From positions 22,258,001 through 22,322,000 of the forward strand of contig OZ365118.1 of NCBI GenBank assembly GCA_977030845.1: a stretch of DNA of 64,000 bases. The letters are read 5' to 3'. The notes under the pieces are model-generated. The model worked only from the letters and a program-made list of their open reading frames with translations, was not told where the DNA came from and searched no databases. The stretch comes from Fimbriosthenelais zetlandica. Taxonomy: Eukaryota. Of this stretch, positions 60,501 to 64,000 are shown piece by piece. Both the position numbers and the translations under genes were made by a program. Numbering within the stretch: the first letter of the stretch is position 1; each line of letters starts with the position of its first letter.

Positions 60501-63500
60501 ATAGGCTGATGTTTCCTTCTGGTCAATAATAGAGTTTACCATCTGTCCCAAGCTGGCCACCGCCATTATCTCAACCATGATAAGATCATTCTGGGCTTCT
60601 GGAGACGATGATGGTAATTCATCAGGCATGGCGGGTCTTACAGAGTAATTGGATGAACTAAACCCTCCCTACATGACAATTCCATGACAAATGGACCAGA
60701 ATCTGGTCACATTTCATTTAAAAATTCATGAAATATGAGAAGTCCATTAGAGATAAGTGAGGTTTAGTGGGATAATGCGGGGAGGATAAACATGGGTGGA
60801 CTCGAGGTGTTACTAACTCCCCCAGAGGTGGATAGATGGAGCCACCACTTGGTGAGAAGCATTTTATTTCACACTTGTGTTTGTTTTATCGCCATTTTAA
60901 GATATAGAGTGACATGGTGTTTAAATAGTTCACTTCAGGTTTTAACAGCCTGACATTCAATCACTCACTCCACGATCACGTGACCCAGGACAAAGTCACC
61001 TCATCATACATTAACATACGACCTTTATTTCCATAAAGGTTTCACTATAAATGTCCCGTCTCTGAGGCTGTAAACAGCAAACACTTCCCAGCATTTGAAA
61101 GGAAGAATGAGCGGTGGATACCTGTAGGTACGACGTTATAGAGGACTGACCTCAGGCTAAGGTGGCTACCTGAGATGGGCTTCATCTTAACGAGACAGGA
61201 AGTGATACACGGTTACTTCCGGTTGGGTTCAGGTGCCATAGAGATGGCAGGGAGTTTGAGGAAACATTATGAATGTTGTCTAATGTTTGGGTAATATCTC
61301 AGCCTAAAGCTAGATGGTAAAACGATCATTGACTTGCAGATATTGGCCTGAAGAATCTGTAATTAATCCCAGCAACATTCCTGACAGAGGAAGAGGGGTG
61401 GTGTATGTCCACACCCCTTTCTTTGAGGCATCAGAGCTTAATGTCATTATAAAGTCTAATACCATCAGTGACACCGTCTCTCTCCCCGCCCCGAGTCTCA
61501 AACCATGGCCTTGACCTTCACCTCCCTGACCTCAAACCGTCACGACCAATCAAGATCGACCAGGAGGCAAATCTCGCCAAACTACGGAAGTTCTCGCCAT
61601 CTCGTGATTTCAGTAGTGACACCTTGTGGCCAGGGGGAGTAATTAGAGACGGCTAAACCGGTCGGGGGGAAGTTGGGACGGGGTTGGGACGGGGGGGGGG
61701 GAGGTCGGGAGGGAGACGTGGGAAGGATGGAGGGCAATGTCAGAGAGGTGGGAGGGTAGCGCCAATGGAACGACCAAGTCAGGGCCTACATCCACTATGC
61801 GACCTACAGGCTCCTTATAAAGCCCGAAATTTGCAGTGAAATAAAAACCGGTGCCTTGAAATGTTTCTGCAGGATTGGAAAGATGTGCAGCAGACAAGAG
61901 TTGATTCAACTCCTTCAGAAACCCACTACAATAGTTACATGTCTTTATAGATGCCATACAATAACATAGTGGACATGATAGACTGTTCATATTGGGGATG
62001 GGGTTTAAGTAGGTACAGGTAACCTGGTGGGCAGGGTTTATCCAGCCTTGGGCAGGCTTACTTCTCCACAAAAGGCCATTGTCCACTGTGGGTACTTCAC
62101 ATACATGGGTATACCCGAGACAGGGACCATCCCTTCACCCACCCTCCACCCACCCCCTCCTCCCATCACAATAAGATTTATAAGGACTAACAGAGCCTAC
62201 CACACCCTCAGGTAATGCCCGACAAATAAAATATTGTCTTTTACAGCCCTGGGAAAGTCCCCTCACATCCTGAGAGCATCTTAAATGACTCAGGTTCAGA
62301 TTTTGAACCTTTTCTTGAAACTCTGTAAAGTTAAATGATTTTCAATGACTGATATTCAGATAGTATTGCTTCTATATGGGATCATTCTTGTTCAACTCTT
62401 TGTAATTCTTGTCCAAGACTTAGTCAAATGTATGAAATCTTTGTAGTGAGTAATCGCCTGTGTGAGATTTTCCCATGAGTAAGGACTGTGGTGTGGAGGG
62501 TGCGGGGTGGGTGAGGGTAATGAGGGGAGACAATGATGACACTGCTTTATGTTTACCGCCATAGAGATGTCTCCAGGGAGGAGACTCGGAGGCTGGAAGC
62601 AAAACCCTCAATACCAGGCGCTTAATATCTTAATACAGGCGGAATACCACAATAATCCCGCCAGATCAGGCTGCTGTATGCCCTCAACTACTGGGGTTAG
62701 AGCTGGGAGAATGGAGGATATTGTGGAACAGGAGAATGTTGTAGAATGAAAGTATGAGATGGTGTAGCCATAAAGCATACACTGTCAGTGTATGTCCATG
62801 TACTTGTCACTGTATGTGAAGGCACAAAGATCCTCTTTGATCCTCACAAGTTTCACATACCTGTCACTCACTACCAGTTAGTAACCATCTTATAGAGACG
62901 GTCCACAAACGCTGCTAGTAAACCTAAACTAAACTCTCTATATACCTTATACTATAGTCTGTGACAGACCTAATCTATACACCATGACAGACTACATTGT
63001 CCTCTGAGTCAGCTCGGTATATATGGAGGCAATACTTTGTAGAAACAAATAGTTAAATTCTGTGCCAAATTTAGATCTTCAAAGGCTCTATCTATCATAA
63101 TTCCCTTACTTTGGTGTACAACATCAAAGAGTATAGCCCTCTTATAAATGGACAGACTGGGTTTGTAAACAAGTAAAGCTTTCCGCAGCTATCAGATGTA
63201 AATGAACAATGGACATAAGAATACACATTATACTGCCTTCTGCAGCATATAATTGTGTCTCAAAGAACGCCATAAATCTTCCTCAAGCCGAGTAAAAATT
63301 ACTCAGTTAAAAACGTGCATACATTTACAGCAATAAGTTTTTATCGCCGCGCCACAAGCCTATAGTAATTACAGTGAACAAGGGCTGGCGATCTCAGCTT
63401 GCAGGCCTGGGGCGTTATATCATGATTTACTGACTTCACTGAGGCGGCTGGGTGCGACGTGAAACCTTCAACTTCCTACATTAATAAATACCCCACAACC

Positions 63501-64000
63501 CTAGAAACTGATAAAAATAACTATATGTACAAGACGTCACTTATAGAATAAAATAACCCCAGATAAATGACAGAAGATGTATAGGGCAGACTATGCCATG
63601 GTTGAATATGATAGAAATAAACGTTAAAACATATATTTTTTACCAATATCTCTTGTAGGGATATGTGTTAAAAGCTGTTGACCTTATTTTTTCCACTAGG
63701 TGCCATTACACGACCCTTTAGCACGTGTTTAATACCATGCAGGTGTCCTGAGACCGAATCATATTCAACCAACCGCAACGTGCGGAGACAAAGATCAACT
63801 TTCCAATGTGTGACGGCACTACTGAACGGTTCATTGTGAGAAAATGAGGTCAGCACTGGGTGAATCATTTAAATTAAATTATAGAAATATGAATAAAAAT
63901 AACTACAAGATTATGATGGATATCTAAAGCGATTACACCTGAACAAACAGATCAGAGAGGGGTAAATTCAATGGCCAAATAATAACTATTTCTGAGATAA

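Noticed and set aside
60506-60630. Short minus-strand ORF MPDELPSSSPEAQNDLIMVEIM... with possible donor ATG|gtaaac
   Set aside because: Phase 0 is not compatible with the 48774 acceptor and there is no recognisable domain; too weak to call.
50000-64000. Search for PDZ-coding upstream exons and any nested plus-strand gene
   Set aside because: No GF-x-L-x-GG PDZ signature or credible spliced ORF chain was seen; listed ORFs here (e.g. 53667-54077, 61643-62086) lack splice or composition support.

Overview
Eukaryotic (metazoan) genomic DNA. By eye it is roughly 40% GC with poly-G/C tracts, minisatellites and frequent TACATGTA, and looks mollusc/bivalve-like (inference only). No prokaryotic genes, rRNA/tRNA, CRISPR arrays or intact transposons can be supported. 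The window appears to lie within one large minus-strand intron-exon gene. Phase-compatible GT-AG exons can be chained: 49692-49978 (candidate first coding exon, MGN start) > 48592-48774 > 22898-26558 (3.66 kb exon) > 22518-22612 (absent from the ORF track) > [optional 21624-21701 and 17726-17938/18098] > 6408-7289. This gives at least 1,700 aa of mostly disordered, Pro/Ser-rich protein that continues past the left edge. A 'RPTSWH' motif, a 'DSSGYLSYS' segment, poly-Pro motifs and an amphipathic 'LKKMQHMAVLSFF' segment resemble Shroom-family proteins, but the diagnostic ASD2 and PDZ domains are not visible, so the family call is tentative. Notable extras: a candidate PDZ-less, possibly myristoylated first exon preceded by two perfect DR5 nuclear-receptor elements, three spaced LC8-type motifs, four H-[KR]-x-S-D-P repeats, a possible dual-frame cassette exon, and many RFX X-box, CTCF-like and CAGGT[AG] motifs in the introns. 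All calls are by eye; no searches were run.
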